Shown: positions 1-10,765 of the stretch, in pieces
How positions within the stretch are numbered: position 1 is the stretch's first letter
How the letters are laid out: each line of letters starts with the position of its first letter
From: Desulfomonilia bacterium
Lineage (GTDB): Bacteria; Desulfobacterota; Desulfomonilia; UBA1062
Direction: 5' to 3'
Length of the DNA: 64,000 bases
Assembly: GCA_050014195.1 (NCBI GenBank)
Contig: JBEKDT010000013.1
Location: forward strand, 1-64,000
Position numbers and translations under genes: made by a program
The notes under the pieces: model-generated
Told to the model about the DNA's origin: nothing
Database searches by the model: none
What the model saw: the letters and a program-made list of their open reading frames with translations, nothing else

Positions 1-1
1 C

Positions 2-1639
2 CTCGCCCATGGGGCCAAACGGATGGCTCAAAAAAAGGTCATTGTCAAACGGCTCGCCTCGATTGAAAACTTCGGCAGCATGAACGTGATCTGCTCCGAT
101 AAAACCGGCACCCTGACCGAAGGGGTTGTACACCTGCAATCCGCCCTTGATATTGATGGCGTTCCCAGTGATAAAGTCCATCTCTATGCTTATCTCAACG
201 CCTTTTATGAAACAGGCTTTACCAACCCGATCGATGAAGCCATCCGCAGCAATCGCCAATTTGACCTGTCCGGGTACCGGAAGCAGGATGAAATCCCGTA
301 TGATTTTTTCCGTAAACGTTTAAGTATCCTGGTTTCACATGATGATACGCATCTGATGGTGACCAAAGGTGCGCTCTCAAATGTGCTTGCCGTCTGTTCA
401 TCGATAGAAACCGAAGGAGGAGAAATCATCGAGATTACTGCAGCGCGGGGCCGAATTCAGCAACACTTTGAGGAATTCAGTAGTAAGGGTCTGCGAACGC
501 TGGGCGTCGCTTATAAGAATATGGGGGCTGACTCACGCATAAGCAAAGACCACGAAGCAGGCATGACGTTTTCAGGATTCCTTGTCCTTTTTGATCCGCC
601 CAAGCCCAATATTATCGAGACCATTACCAATCTGAAAAACCTCGGTGTTTCCCTGAAGATCATAACGGGAGACAACCACCTTGTAGCAGCCAACGTCAGT
701 GGGCAGATGGGATTATCGAAGACAGGGATCATTACTGGTCCGGAGCTCAGTCAGTTGAGCGATGCCGCGCTCCTCAAACGTGTGGCTGACGTGGATGTCT
801 TTGCCGAAATCGAACCCAATCAGAAAGAGCGCATCATCCTCGCGCTGAGAAAAGCCGGTAATGTGGTGGGTTATATGGGAGACGGCATCAATGATGCCTC
901 GGCACTCCATGTTGCCGATGTCGGCATTTCCGTCGATAGCGCTGTTGATGTTGCCAAAGATGCGGCTGATATCGTTTTACTCGAAAAGGATCTGGGCGTT
1001 CTTGTTGAGGGTGTGCGCGCAGGCAGGACGACGTTTGCAAACACGCTCAAGTATGTGTTCATGGCGACTAGTGCCAATTTCGGAAACATGTTCAGCATGG
1101 CCGGAGCATCCCTCTTCCTGCCGTTCCTCCCCTTACTGCCCAAACAGATATTGCTCACCAATCTCATGACCGATTTCCCTGAGATGACCATCGCTTCCGA
1201 CAGGGTGGATAACGAAATGGTTGATCATCCCCGGCGCTGGGACATTAAGGCAATCCGCGAGTTTATGTTTACCTTCGGAATAGTGAGCTCGGTGTTTGAC
1301 TATCTCACCTTTGGTGTTTTGTTATTCATCCTCCATGCTAACCCGAAGGAATTCAGGGCAGGATGGTTTGTGGAGTCTGTCATATCAGCAGCGCTCATTG
1401 TACTTGTTGTCCGTACAAGGAGGCCTTTTTTTAAAAGCATGCCTGGGAAATATCTCTTGATGGCAACGCTGTTAATTGTTGTCATGACGCTTATAGTACC
1501 ATTTACGCCGCTTGGTGATATTTTTGGATTTACCCGGCTGCCGATTTCATTCCTTATGATAGTAGGCTTAATTACGATATGTTACATTATAACAGCGGAA
1601 ATAACGAAGAAGATTTTCTATAAGAAGGTGAAATTTTAA
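2..1639 (+). CDS. mgtA: Magnesium-translocating P-type ATPase (5' end outside window)
   Basis: DKTGTLT phosphorylation motif, TGDN, GDGIND, SANFGNMFSM and QILLTNLMTD segments typical of MgtA/B; reading frame open from the window edge (LAHGAKRMAQ...). Confidence 0.9.
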   Translation, partial: LAHGAKRMAQKKVIVKRLASIENFGSMNVICSDKTGTLTEGVVHLQSALDIDGVPSDKVHLYAYLNAFYETGFTNPIDEAIRSNRQFDLSGYRKQDEIPYDFFRKRLSILVSHDDTHLMVTKGALSNVLAVCSSIETEGGEIIEITAARGRIQQHFEEFSSKGLRTLGVAYKNMGADSRISKDHEAGMTFSGFLVLFDPPKPNIIETITNLKNLGVSLKIITGDNHLVAANVSGQMGLSKTGIITGPELSQLSDAALLKRVADVDVFAEIEPNQKERIILALRKAGNVVGYMGDGINDASALHVADVGISVDSAVDVAKDAADIVLLEKDLGVLVEGVRAGRTTFANTLKYVFMATSANFGNMFSMAGASLFLPFLPLLPKQILLTNLMTDFPEMTIASDRVDNEMVDHPRRWDIKAIREFMFTFGIVSSVFDYLTFGVLLFILHANPKEFRAGWFVESVISAALIVLVVRTRRPFFKSMPGKYLLMATLLIVVMTLIVPFTPLGDIFGFTRLPISFLMIVGLITICYIITAEITKKIFYKKVKF

Positions 1640-1830
1640 AGGGGTAGTATTTGATATCAAAAACTGTAAATAAATACCATTTTATGTAAATATATTTCCA
1701 TTTTTTTCAATAATTTATCTTTTATTTTTACGAGTAATAATGGCACGTACGATGTCGAAGGAAATCTTATTACGCCATCCAATGGAAACGGTCCGTTAAT
1801 CGTTTCAGGTGGCTCTGTAACTGGAATAGG

Positions 1831-2152
1831 TATAGCAGCGCAGTAACTATTAATCACATCATCAGCCAAGATCCTCCTGCTGGAACATCAGTTCCAGTTG
1901 GTTCCTCGGTTGTTTTCATAACCTCACTTGGGCCACAGCCGATACCCATGGTGACGGTTCCTAGACATTGCGGGCATGACGACAGCAAATGCCAAGGCTG
2001 CGGTCATAGCGGCCGGCCTTACTGCGGGGGGTGTTTCAAATAACCACAGCACCACCGTGCCTGCCGGGAGTGTGATCAGCACTTCACCTGCTGCGGGAGC
2101 ATCAGTGGCACAGGGGACTGCTGTTTCGTTTAACGTTTCCATCGGTAAATAG
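1831..2152 (+). pseudogene. Frameshifted remnant of a tandem PASTA-domain protein
   Basis: Manual translation: YSSAVTINHIISQDPPAGTSVPVGSSVVFITSLGP...VTVP, one extra base at 1963, then DIAGMTTANAKAAVIAAGLTAGGVSNNHSTTVPAGSVISTSPAAGASVAQGTAVSFNVSIGK*; no start codon or RBS. Confidence 0.7.
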
Positions 2153-2365
2153 CAAAAGGTAGCAGAAGGAAAGTGGGCGGTGGGCCTAAGAGGTCAGCTG
2201 CCCATTGTATTCTTGCAGATGGTCTAAGTTTTTTCAGAGTAGAGATTCCTGCGATAGATGAGTGCTTTTGAAATCACTGAAAACCAATGATCTCGTGATA
2301 AGATATATGTAAATGATCACATCATGTCAGAGTGCCGATCCTCGCATGTAATCTACACATTGGTC

Positions 2366-4462
2366 CTATTTACTAATGATTAGTTTCCTATAATAATCTG
2401 TCCCTCTTATATTTTCGAGGTCAGGATCTGTCTTAATAATATTCCACTTCTTGAATCCCTTATCTATAGCCAGGTTAAGAGAAGTGGTTGCATCATCCTT
2501 TCTTCCCTGTTTCGAGTAGATACATGCTATGTTATAATAAACATCCGGATCAGTTGGATAAAGCTGCGCCATCTTCTGTAATATTGAAAGGGCATTCTCG
2601 TAATCACCACTTTCTGCATACTGAATGGCAAGTGCATACAGGACCTCTGCTGAACCAGGCCTGATAGATAGAGCCTTTTTATAATGGTCGATAGCATCCT
2701 TTTTGTTTCCCTTGTTCCTGTACATTTCAGCCAGTCTGTAATGGAGGTCATAGTTCTGGGAATCAGTCTTGAGCATTTCATTAATCGAAGCTATGACATT
2801 ATTAATACCTCTCTGTTTCGCAAGAGCAATCTGGATATAGTCATTAGCTTGGGTATTCCGAGGGTCTAATTGTAAAGCTTTCTTAAATTCCAAAACTGCT
2901 TCATCCACTATTCCAAGTTCATAGAGTGCATAACCAAGCCGGAAATGTGTATCATTGAAGTTTGGATCTATTTGGAGTATTTTTCTGAATTGATTTATTG
3001 CTTCCTGAAAATTCCTTTGTTTAGTAAGCCCGAGACCTAAAGTATAGCGGGCAAATATATAGTTGGGCATTAAATCCAGGGCTGCTTGGGCGTGATATAT
3101 TGCTCCTTGAATATCATTATTGTTGTAGAGAGCACCAGATAAATTTGAATGTGCAAGATAGTTATCTTTTTGTACATTAAGTGCATGACTAAATAACGTA
3201 ATACTGTCTTTCCAGTACCCCACCTGCACCCAAGTTCTCCACATCAGAACCGGGATAATCACAACAAAGAAAAATATTAGGATGTACTTTTCAATTTGCC
3301 ATCTCTTGACGAGAGATGTAACACCCCAAGTAAGCATTATGAATATTCCGATAAGTGAAATGTAAGTATATCTATCCGCCATGGATTGGGATCCTACCTG
3401 GACAATACCAATGACTGGAACGAGGGTTCCCAGATACCAAAGCCATCCCACCAGAAGATATGGAAATTGTCTTGTAAATCTAAACGTGAATAGCGTGATA
3501 AGTACTAACAAGAGAGAGGATCCAACTACAAGCAGCGAACTGAATGTTCCGGGATATGTATAAAATACCGATAGGTTAATTGGCCAGAACATCTTCAAGA
3601 GATAGCCAATATATGCGGTGGATGCATTTGCAATCCTACTACCAATCGGATAAATATCCGAGCTGCCCAATGCCCCGCCGCTCTTCTGTGCAAGAAATGT
3701 TATGATGCATGACATCCCTGCAAGAACAAAGAGTGGGATTTTCTCCCATAAAAGAGAACTGACCCTATCCCAATGAATGTCAGTTAATATGCTCCTTATA
3801 TTTTGAGGAAAAACACCAGTCTCAGAATTGTCAAACTCTATCCGTTGGATAGGCCAGAAATCTAAGAGAAGTAAAATAAATGGAAGTGTTACAAGCATGG
3901 GCTTGGCCATAAGACCCAGGATATACAGTGTGATCACGAGGAGATATTTTAGGGCTCCATGCTGCTCAACATACCAAGTGTAACTCCATATAGTGAGCAT
4001 AAAGAAAAAAGTACTCAAGACATCTTTGCGTTCAGCTATCCAGGCAACCGACTCCACATGAAGAGGATGGATAGCAAACAATGCTGCTACAACAGCACAC
4101 TTCCATTTTTCACCTGTCATTCGAAAGAAAATGAAAAACAATAGCAACGAATTGGCAATATGGAGAAAGACATTAGTAAGGTGATGCATCCCAGGGTTCA
4201 TATTGAAGAATTCCACATCGAGCATGTGTGAAAGCCAGGTGAGAGGATGCCAGTTGCTGGCATATCCGATAGAAGTAAAGGCCCATCGCATGCTATCGAG
4301 AGTAATCCCTTTTTCGACCATGGGATTATTTATTACATACTGAGGGTCATCATAACCGTTAAACTCAAAATTTATTACCTGGTAGTAAATAGCGAAAATA
4401 GAAACTATAAAAAATGTGACTATGAGAATTTGAGAACATAATCTTTTTGAATTTATTTTCAT
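2366..4462 (-). CDS. TMTC-like GT-C membrane glycosyltransferase with C-terminal TPR repeats
   Basis: YDDPQYV, WHPLTWLSHMLD and HPLHVESVAWIAERKDVLS motifs, many TM helices, then TPRs. Confidence 0.8.
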   Translation of the reverse strand: MKINSKRLCSQILIVTFFIVSIFAIYYQVINFEFNGYDDPQYVINNPMVEKGITLDSMRWAFTSIGYASNWHPLTWLSHMLDVEFFNMNPGMHHLTNVFLHIANSLLLFFIFFRMTGEKWKCAVVAALFAIHPLHVESVAWIAERKDVLSTFFFMLTIWSYTWYVEQHGALKYLLVITLYILGLMAKPMLVTLPFILLLLDFWPIQRIEFDNSETGVFPQNIRSILTDIHWDRVSSLLWEKIPLFVLAGMSCIITFLAQKSGGALGSSDIYPIGSRIANASTAYIGYLLKMFWPINLSVFYTYPGTFSSLLVVGSSLLLVLITLFTFRFTRQFPYLLVGWLWYLGTLVPVIGIVQVGSQSMADRYTYISLIGIFIMLTWGVTSLVKRWQIEKYILIFFFVVIIPVLMWRTWVQVGYWKDSITLFSHALNVQKDNYLAHSNLSGALYNNNDIQGAIYHAQAALDLMPNYIFARYTLGLGLTKQRNFQEAINQFRKILQIDPNFNDTHFRLGYALYELGIVDEAVLEFKKALQLDPRNTQANDYIQIALAKQRGINNVIASINEMLKTDSQNYDLHYRLAEMYRNKGNKKDAIDHYKKALSIRPGSAEVLYALAIQYAESGDYENALSILQKMAQLYPTDPDVYYNIACIYSKQGRKDDATTSLNLAIDKGFKKWNIIKTDPDLENIRGTDYYRKLIISK

Positions 4463-4852
4463 GATATCTTATAAATAATATCTGTATTCAATAGTTATGA
4501 CAACTATTTTATCCACCAACCTATTCACCTGGAGTGAAGATTACTGCAATAAATAAGCGCTGTCCTTTAACTCTGAAACATGAACATCTTGCATCAAGAT
4601 CTATGCTGCACAGGTGATAAGCTTAGTCCGTGTAGTATAGCACGATAGCTACACCTTAACTTGCCGGCCAAGAAGTATCTAACCATCATCATGCTCTTTC
4701 AAGTTGAAAGTATGCCTGAGTCAAATGAGACGAAAGTAATAACAAAAGTGACCCAAAAACTAACACAGTGACACCAATAAGGCCCGAATCAAAGCACAAG
4801 AAGATGCTAGAAAATGGGATGAAATGACCTATAACAAATTGAAAATATTAAC

Positions 4853-4950
4853 TGGCGGAAGCGCATGGGAATCGAACCCACCCGGGACGCTCGTCGCACC
4901 CCACAACCGGATTTGAAGTCCGGGGGACCCACCAGGACCCGTCCGCTTCC
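4853..4950 (-). tRNA. selC: tRNA-Sec (anticodon TCA)
   Basis: Reverse complement GGAAGCG...GGACTTCAAATCC...long variable arm...GGGTTCGATTCCC...CGCTTCCGCCA; 98 nt, TCA anticodon, encoded CCA. Confidence 0.97.
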
Positions 4951-5142
4951 AAAAACCAGGATAACACAATATGACAGATATGACCAATGATGCGTCTGTA
5001 ATTTCCGCTATGCCCAAGCGGATGTGTTTTCATGGTGCTGGGGAAGGGTTTTGCAGAGATATTCAAATGAGTTCTGTGCTCAATTATCCGGGCCACATTT
5101 TGTATCTTGACAGCTAAGATCTAAGCTGTATTTGATGATTCC

Positions 5143-5682
5143 ATGATAATCAGGCTGCTCGTCTGCTTCGTAGTTTCTATCCTTGTGCACCTTCTGATCA
5201 TAATCCAGCCGCTTCATTTTACAACAGAACCGACAGAGGTTCTGGGTCGCACATCAGCCGTTCCTGTCAGTCTGGTGGATATTCCTCAACAGCTTGAAAG
5301 CCTTAGTGATGTGAAGATTACACCAAACATACCGGATTCTTCTTCAATGAACAAAAATGATGGAGAGGGCGTGAGTTTTGTGGCTGAGGGAGGAGTTGGG
5401 GCGGCCTATATCAGTAAGCTCAAGGTCAAGATATTCCGTTTCTGGCAGTATCCACAGGCTGCCATTCAGAAGGGGGAGCAGGGGAATGTGTCGGTCGTAT
5501 TCGTGCTTAACGACAAGGGCGTGGTTGTGGACATGGGTGTTCTTGCCAGCTCCGGTTCTTACACCCTCGATTCAGCCGCAATGGCTGCCGTTGAGCAGGC
5601 AGGCCCCTTTGGGGCTTTTACCAAAGACATCAAAGACAAGAATCTAAAGATCACCGGGCACTTCCGTTATGTCCTTGATTGA
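5143..5682 (+). CDS. TonB-family energy transducer (N-terminal TM + TonB_C)
   Basis: N-terminal TM with SxxxH; WQYPQAAIQKGEQGNV and SSGSYTLDSAAMAAVEQAGPF TonB_C motifs. Confidence 0.85.
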   Translation: MIIRLLVCFVVSILVHLLIIIQPLHFTTEPTEVLGRTSAVPVSLVDIPQQLESLSDVKITPNIPDSSSMNKNDGEGVSFVAEGGVGAAYISKLKVKIFRFWQYPQAAIQKGEQGNVSVVFVLNDKGVVVDMGVLASSGSYTLDSAAMAAVEQAGPFGAFTKDIKDKNLKITGHFRYVLD

Positions 5683-5873
5683 GGTGTTTCTGTAAAGGAC
5701 ATTTTATTACTTAAAGCAGACATTTAGGATTATGATATAGGTACCGAAAAACATCGTTTATCGTTCTTCCATGAATAACTGCAGATGTAGCTCGCTGTTG
5801 TGTGCTTCCAAGTGAGAATGTACGGTCTCTTGGGTCTTGCATCTCGGCCTTCAAAGGACTAAAGAGCTAAGGT

Positions 5874-6650
5874 ATGCGGTTTTTGCTTACGAATGATGAT
5901 GGGATCTACGCACAGGGGCTTGCAGCCATTAAACAGGAGCTGGAAAAGATAGGCGAGGTAGTGGTGATTGCACCAGTTACGGAGCAGTCGGCCGTGGGGC
6001 ATACCATTACTATCTCCGATCCGTTGAAGGTCATTCCTATCCACCGTTCAGGTGAGTTTTACGGCCACGGCATTACGGGTTCTCCTGCGGACTGCGTAAA
6101 GCTGGGTATCTCGAGCATCCTGGAACAGCCGCCCGATGTGGTGGTCTCAGGCATTAATAGGGGAGAGAATGTCGGTATCAACGTGCTTTATTCCGGCACG
6201 GTTTCGGCAGCCACCGAGGCCCTCATCCTCGGCTACACCGGGATAGCACTGTCGGTGGACAATTTCATGAATCCGGACTATCAAGCTGCCAGCATCTTTG
6301 GTGCACGTCTTGCCATGAAGTATGCACAGCGGAAAAATCCCTTGCCGTTTGCCCTTAATGTGAACTGCCCCTCATGCCCTTTGCATGAGATTAGGGGGGT
6401 CAGAATTACCAGGCAGGGTGATTCCCGGATCGTGGATGAGTTTGTCCGGCGTGAGAGCCCCCGTGGTACGACCTACTATTGGCAGGCCGGTTTGACACGG
6501 ATCATTGATGAGGGCGAGGATACCGATGCCGTGTGCCTAAGGAACAGGATGATCTCGATCACACCGATCCACTACCGGCTTGGTGCAAACTGGATCAGCC
6601 AAGATGACCTGAATCAGGCCTATCTGGAGAATCTGCTCCATGGAGCTTGA
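5874..6650 (+). CDS. surE: 5'/3'-nucleotidase SurE
   Basis: LLTNDDG, GSPADCV, SGINRGENVG, YSGTVSAA motifs. Confidence 0.97.
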   Translation: MRFLLTNDDGIYAQGLAAIKQELEKIGEVVVIAPVTEQSAVGHTITISDPLKVIPIHRSGEFYGHGITGSPADCVKLGISSILEQPPDVVVSGINRGENVGINVLYSGTVSAATEALILGYTGIALSVDNFMNPDYQAASIFGARLAMKYAQRKNPLPFALNVNCPSCPLHEIRGVRITRQGDSRIVDEFVRRESPRGTTYYWQAGLTRIIDEGEDTDAVCLRNRMISITPIHYRLGANWISQDDLNQAYLENLLHGA

Positions 6651-7329
6651 GCATATCGAGGCATACTTGGGTTATGCCTTTGCGAACAGGGATCTCTTGA
6701 GGGAAGCCCTCACGCACACCACGTATGTCAATGAGCACAAGGAACTCGGTCTCAGGGACAATCAGCGCCTTGAGTTCCTGGGGGACACGGTGATCAACTC
6801 AATAATCACGGCCAGACTCTTCCTCTTGTTCACTGATGAGAAAGAGGGGCCGCTCACCAAGAAGCGGGCGGAGCTCATCAGCGAAGGCGCGCTCTCCAAG
6901 ATTGCGCGCCACCTGGGCATCGGCAAATACCTGTATCTGGGCAAGGGGGAAGAGATGGATGGCGGCCGGAAGAAGCCGTCCCTGCTGGCAGATGCCTATG
7001 AGGCCCTTGTTGGAGCTATCTTCCTCGACTGCTCGTATGAGAAGACCGCCCGGGTCGTACAAAGGCACTATGAAGATGCCCTCGGTACCTTTGAGGAAAT
7101 ATCCATTACCGATTACAAGAGCCTGCTGCTTGAGTTCTGCCAGTCACAATTCAAGGCATTGCCCAAGATTATTGTGATTCATGAACAGGGCCCGGAGCAT
7201 GATAAGGAATTTGATGTAAGTGTCATGCTTAAGGATAAGGTTGTCGGTTCGGGAAAAGGGAAAAACAAAAAACAGGCAGCGCAGCTCGCATGCAAGGAGG
7301 CATTGAGATTGCTGGATTATCCCCTGTAG
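6640..7329 (+). CDS. rnc: Ribonuclease III
   Basis: NQRLEFLGD signature, ADAYEALVGAIFLD, C-terminal dsRBD (GPEHDKEF...GKNKKQAAQ). Confidence 0.97.
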   Translation: MELEHIEAYLGYAFANRDLLREALTHTTYVNEHKELGLRDNQRLEFLGDTVINSIITARLFLLFTDEKEGPLTKKRAELISEGALSKIARHLGIGKYLYLGKGEEMDGGRKKPSLLADAYEALVGAIFLDCSYEKTARVVQRHYEDALGTFEEISITDYKSLLLEFCQSQFKALPKIIVIHEQGPEHDKEFDVSVMLKDKVVGSGKGKNKKQAAQLACKEALRLLDYPL

Positions 7330-8333
7330 TCATCCCTGTCTTTGTAACGAACCTGGGATGTGCCCATCGGTGCGTTTTCTGCGACCAGGGTCAGTTCGCC
7401 CCCCCCATGCCGCCCGGGGATGTTGCGGCGCACGTAGATAAATTCATCGCGCACTGCAGGCAGGGTAGCGCGCGGAGGCGTATACTCGGGTTTTACGGAG
7501 GGTCTTTCACCGGCATGAAAGACGGCCTGCTTGAAGGCTACCTTGATGCGACACGCGGCTTGATTACTCAGGGACGTATCCATGCAGCCAAGGCCTCCAC
7601 ACGTCCTGACATGGTTTCAAAGCATACCTTGTGCCGCCTGTATGAAGCAGGGTTCGAGGAGTTGGAGATCGGCATCCAGTCTATGGACGATTCCGTGCTT
7701 GAGGCAAGTTCAAGGGAGCATACGAGAGTTGATGTAATCCGTGCCTGTGCCCTGGTGAAAGAATCGGGAATGAGGCTGGGCGTCCAAATCATGCCGGGGC
7801 TTCCCGGCGAGGACATCCGGAGCTTCAAGCAAACGGTTGCTGACGTGATAAAGCTTAAGCCTGACACTGCACGGATATACCCGACAGTGGTGCTTGCAGA
7901 CACCAGGCTTGAAGAGCTCTACCTTTCGGGGAAATATTTGCCGCTTTCTCTTGATGAGGCAGTGAGGCGGGCCTTGTATGCTTCAATCATGCTGGAAGGT
8001 GAAGGTTGTACTATCTTGCGCATGGGTCTTCCTCCATCACCGGGGTTAAAGATCATTGCCGGGCCTTATCATGAATCGTTCGGGTTTCTTGTAAGGTCCT
8101 TAGGGTATTGCATGATGGCACAGCAGATAGTGGATGAGCTTGGCACGGGCTGTGAGCTCTCTGTCCATTCAAGAGCCATCCCAGAGCTTATCGGATATCG
8201 GCGCAGCACCTTGAAAGCGCTCAGATTTTCATTCAGTTTTGATGACACTTTACCGAGGGGATATATCAGGGCATATGTGTCAAGAGAAAGTGCTTGTATA
8301 CAACTACAGGATATTTTAGAGTATATTCTATGA
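7290..8333 (+). CDS. Elp3/YhcC-like radical SAM protein
   Basis: CAHRCVFC cluster motif, FYGGSFT, STRPD, ELEIGIQS, RIYPTVV; start codon uncertain. Confidence 0.85.
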   Translation: MQGGIEIAGLSPVVIPVFVTNLGCAHRCVFCDQGQFAPPMPPGDVAAHVDKFIAHCRQGSARRRILGFYGGSFTGMKDGLLEGYLDATRGLITQGRIHAAKASTRPDMVSKHTLCRLYEAGFEELEIGIQSMDDSVLEASSREHTRVDVIRACALVKESGMRLGVQIMPGLPGEDIRSFKQTVADVIKLKPDTARIYPTVVLADTRLEELYLSGKYLPLSLDEAVRRALYASIMLEGEGCTILRMGLPPSPGLKIIAGPYHESFGFLVRSLGYCMMAQQIVDELGTGCELSVHSRAIPELIGYRRSTLKALRFSFSFDDTLPRGYIRAYVSRESACIQLQDILEYIL

Positions 8334-10765
8334 AATCACTTATTGTTGATGTGAACACCATTCCGGTCCTTCCGGAGATTGCCGATGCCGTGATCAGAAT
8401 GGCACTTGATGAGGAAGTTTCTACCGTTAAGATTGCACGCCTTATCGAGAAAGACCAGGCATTGACCGCACGCATCCTTTCTTTATCGAACTCCAGTTTC
8501 TACAAACGGTCACGCCAGATCTACACGGTCAGGGATGCAGTAGTGGCTGTCGGTGTGGAGGCGGTCAGGTCGTTGGCCTTGGGCTTGTGCATTCTCAATT
8601 TGTTTCCTAAAAGGAATAACTCTGCGATCGATTGCAAAGAGTTTTGGAGACATTGCATGGGTTGCGCCATATATGCCGAGGCAATGATGGAGAAGATTTC
8701 TCCACAACTTGGGGGGAAAGCCTTTTGTGCAGGGCTGCTCCACGATATAGGCAAACTGGTGCTCGACCTGACGAACCATGAGGAATATGCGTCCGTCATT
8801 GAAAAGGCCCGTGATGGGACCCGTCCGCTGGACGAAATTGAAAAGGAGATGCTCGGGATCACCCATGCAGATGTGGGCCATGATGTGGTCGCGCACTGGA
8901 AGCTGCCAAGTCTGTATGAGGAGTCCATCTGGTGCCATCATGCACCGGTGCAGGTCATCGATGATGACCAGTTCAAGATTTCAGGCGTCATCAATATCGC
9001 CAATACGTTAGCCCATATGACCGGCATCGGCTCCTCGGGCAATACCTATCCCCAGCAAGTCACCATATCGCTCCTTAAGAAATTCTCTCTGAGCACCGAG
9101 GTCTTGGATGGCCTGATGGAGAGCGTGCCGAAACAGATCGATATGATCTGCGAGGAGATCGGAATCGGGAAACCGACTGAAGGCCTTTTTGGCTTGGTGA
9201 ACAGGGCCAGCATTCGACTTTCTGAGATCTCCGTCAAACTCCAGCAGCAGAGCACGCAATCAAACGTTGCAAGAAAACGCTCCGAGATCCTGCTCCAGCT
9301 CTTAAAGGAGCTGAACAACACATCCAAGATTTCAGACGCACTTGCGAGGGCATCCGAGACGATGTTTCATGCAGGATTGATCAAGGGTTTCCTCGGAGGC
9401 TTCAAGTTGGGTGACCATAACCTGGTATTTGAACACAGGGATGAGGGCTCGCCCAGATTCATCAAGGTGGGTGATAATGAGGTCAAGTCCATGGTGCTCG
9501 ATGGGGGCTATTCTGCAGGTATGAACCTCCCCTGGGGCGTGTTTGTCCACCTCGACCTCTGTGACCCTGAGATCGGTGATGATCAGGAGTTCATTTCCTC
9601 GCTGATAGGTGCGGTAGCCTCCTCCTTGCGGCGTATCCATGCTGAAACCTCACTCCAACAGGAAAAGACCCTGCTTAGACAGGCCTTAAAGACCGCATCA
9701 CAAGAGAAGCAAAAGGCCGAAGACCTGATGCACCTGAACAAAGAACTCATGGATGCATCAACCTTTGGACTATGTCTCGTGGATGAGAAAAATAAGGTCC
9801 TCATCGAGAATGCAATGTCCTTGGAGGTCAGAGAACTTTTAGGCATTGCAGACAAGGATTTGCTCAATGCACTTGATGTCTCAGGCACCCTTAGTGCCGC
9901 GCAGCTCAAAGATGCCCTTGCTTTAAGGTATGCAAAAGATTTGACCTGGAGCCTTAACGGTCGGTCTTTCCGAATCACCGTGCGACCGGTACAGGTAAAC
10001 AACTGGGCCTTGCTTGCCCTTTGGGACATCACCGGTGAAATCGAGGAGCAAAAGCGGACCCTGGCCTTTGCCAAGATGTCTGTCGTGGGAAGCCTTGCCG
10101 CGTCCATGGCACACAACATGAAGAGCCCGCTGGGTGCAATCCACGGGTTTGCCAGCATCATACGGGATGATATCAAACATGACAAGATGAGGGTCCTCAG
10201 AGGTAACGAAGAAGACCAGGATCTGCCTGACATGCTCGGCAATATCATCACTGCCTCCGAGAACCTGTTGAAGATCGTCAACCAACTCTTGAGTTTTACC
10301 CGGAAATGGGAAAGCTCGGAAGATGAGGTAGGTCTTGAGGGCTTTGTCGAGGGAATATTCCAGCTGATCGGCGCTCAGGCGAATGCATCCGGGGTGGCGC
10401 TTGTCAAGGACGTCCAGCCGATACAGGTGCGCATGAAGGCCGATGCCATAGAGCAGGTTATTATTAATCTACTGATGAATGCCATTAATGCATCTTCAAA
10501 AGGATCACAAATCCTGGTAAGGGTGCATCGGAGCAAGGGCGGAATAGAATTCTCGGTGGTCGATCACGGCATCGGCATGGACAATGATCAGGTAAAGAAG
10601 ATATTCGACCCACTGTATACGGCATGGCCGCTTAAGACAGGTATGGGCCTCGGACTTTCACTGGCAAAAGAGATCGTCGATTCCCTGGGGGGTATGATTC
10701 GTGTGAGCTCCAAACTTGCAGAAGGCTCTACTTTCACGGTATGGATCCCGGAAGGTAAGGGGTAA
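8330..10765 (+). CDS. HDOD-domain sensor histidine kinase
   Basis: N-terminal HDOD (DQALTARIL, GLLHDIGK, HADVG, WKLP); H-box MAHNMKSP, N-box NLLMNA, DHGIGM, GMGLGLS; ATGA overlap with the upstream stop. Confidence 0.88.
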   Translation: MKSLIVDVNTIPVLPEIADAVIRMALDEEVSTVKIARLIEKDQALTARILSLSNSSFYKRSRQIYTVRDAVVAVGVEAVRSLALGLCILNLFPKRNNSAIDCKEFWRHCMGCAIYAEAMMEKISPQLGGKAFCAGLLHDIGKLVLDLTNHEEYASVIEKARDGTRPLDEIEKEMLGITHADVGHDVVAHWKLPSLYEESIWCHHAPVQVIDDDQFKISGVINIANTLAHMTGIGSSGNTYPQQVTISLLKKFSLSTEVLDGLMESVPKQIDMICEEIGIGKPTEGLFGLVNRASIRLSEISVKLQQQSTQSNVARKRSEILLQLLKELNNTSKISDALARASETMFHAGLIKGFLGGFKLGDHNLVFEHRDEGSPRFIKVGDNEVKSMVLDGGYSAGMNLPWGVFVHLDLCDPEIGDDQEFISSLIGAVASSLRRIHAETSLQQEKTLLRQALKTASQEKQKAEDLMHLNKELMDASTFGLCLVDEKNKVLIENAMSLEVRELLGIADKDLLNALDVSGTLSAAQLKDALALRYAKDLTWSLNGRSFRITVRPVQVNNWALLALWDITGEIEEQKRTLAFAKMSVVGSLAASMAHNMKSPLGAIHGFASIIRDDIKHDKMRVLRGNEEDQDLPDMLGNIITASENLLKIVNQLLSFTRKWESSEDEVGLEGFVEGIFQLIGAQANASGVALVKDVQPIQVRMKADAIEQVIINLLMNAINASSKGSQILVRVHRSKGGIEFSVVDHGIGMDNDQVKKIFDPLYTAWPLKTGMGLGLSLAKEIVDSLGGMIRVSSKLAEGSTFTVWIPEGKG

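Noticed and set aside
4829-5096. Short ORFs overlapping 4853-4950
   Set aside because: They overlap tRNA-Sec and show no protein-like features.
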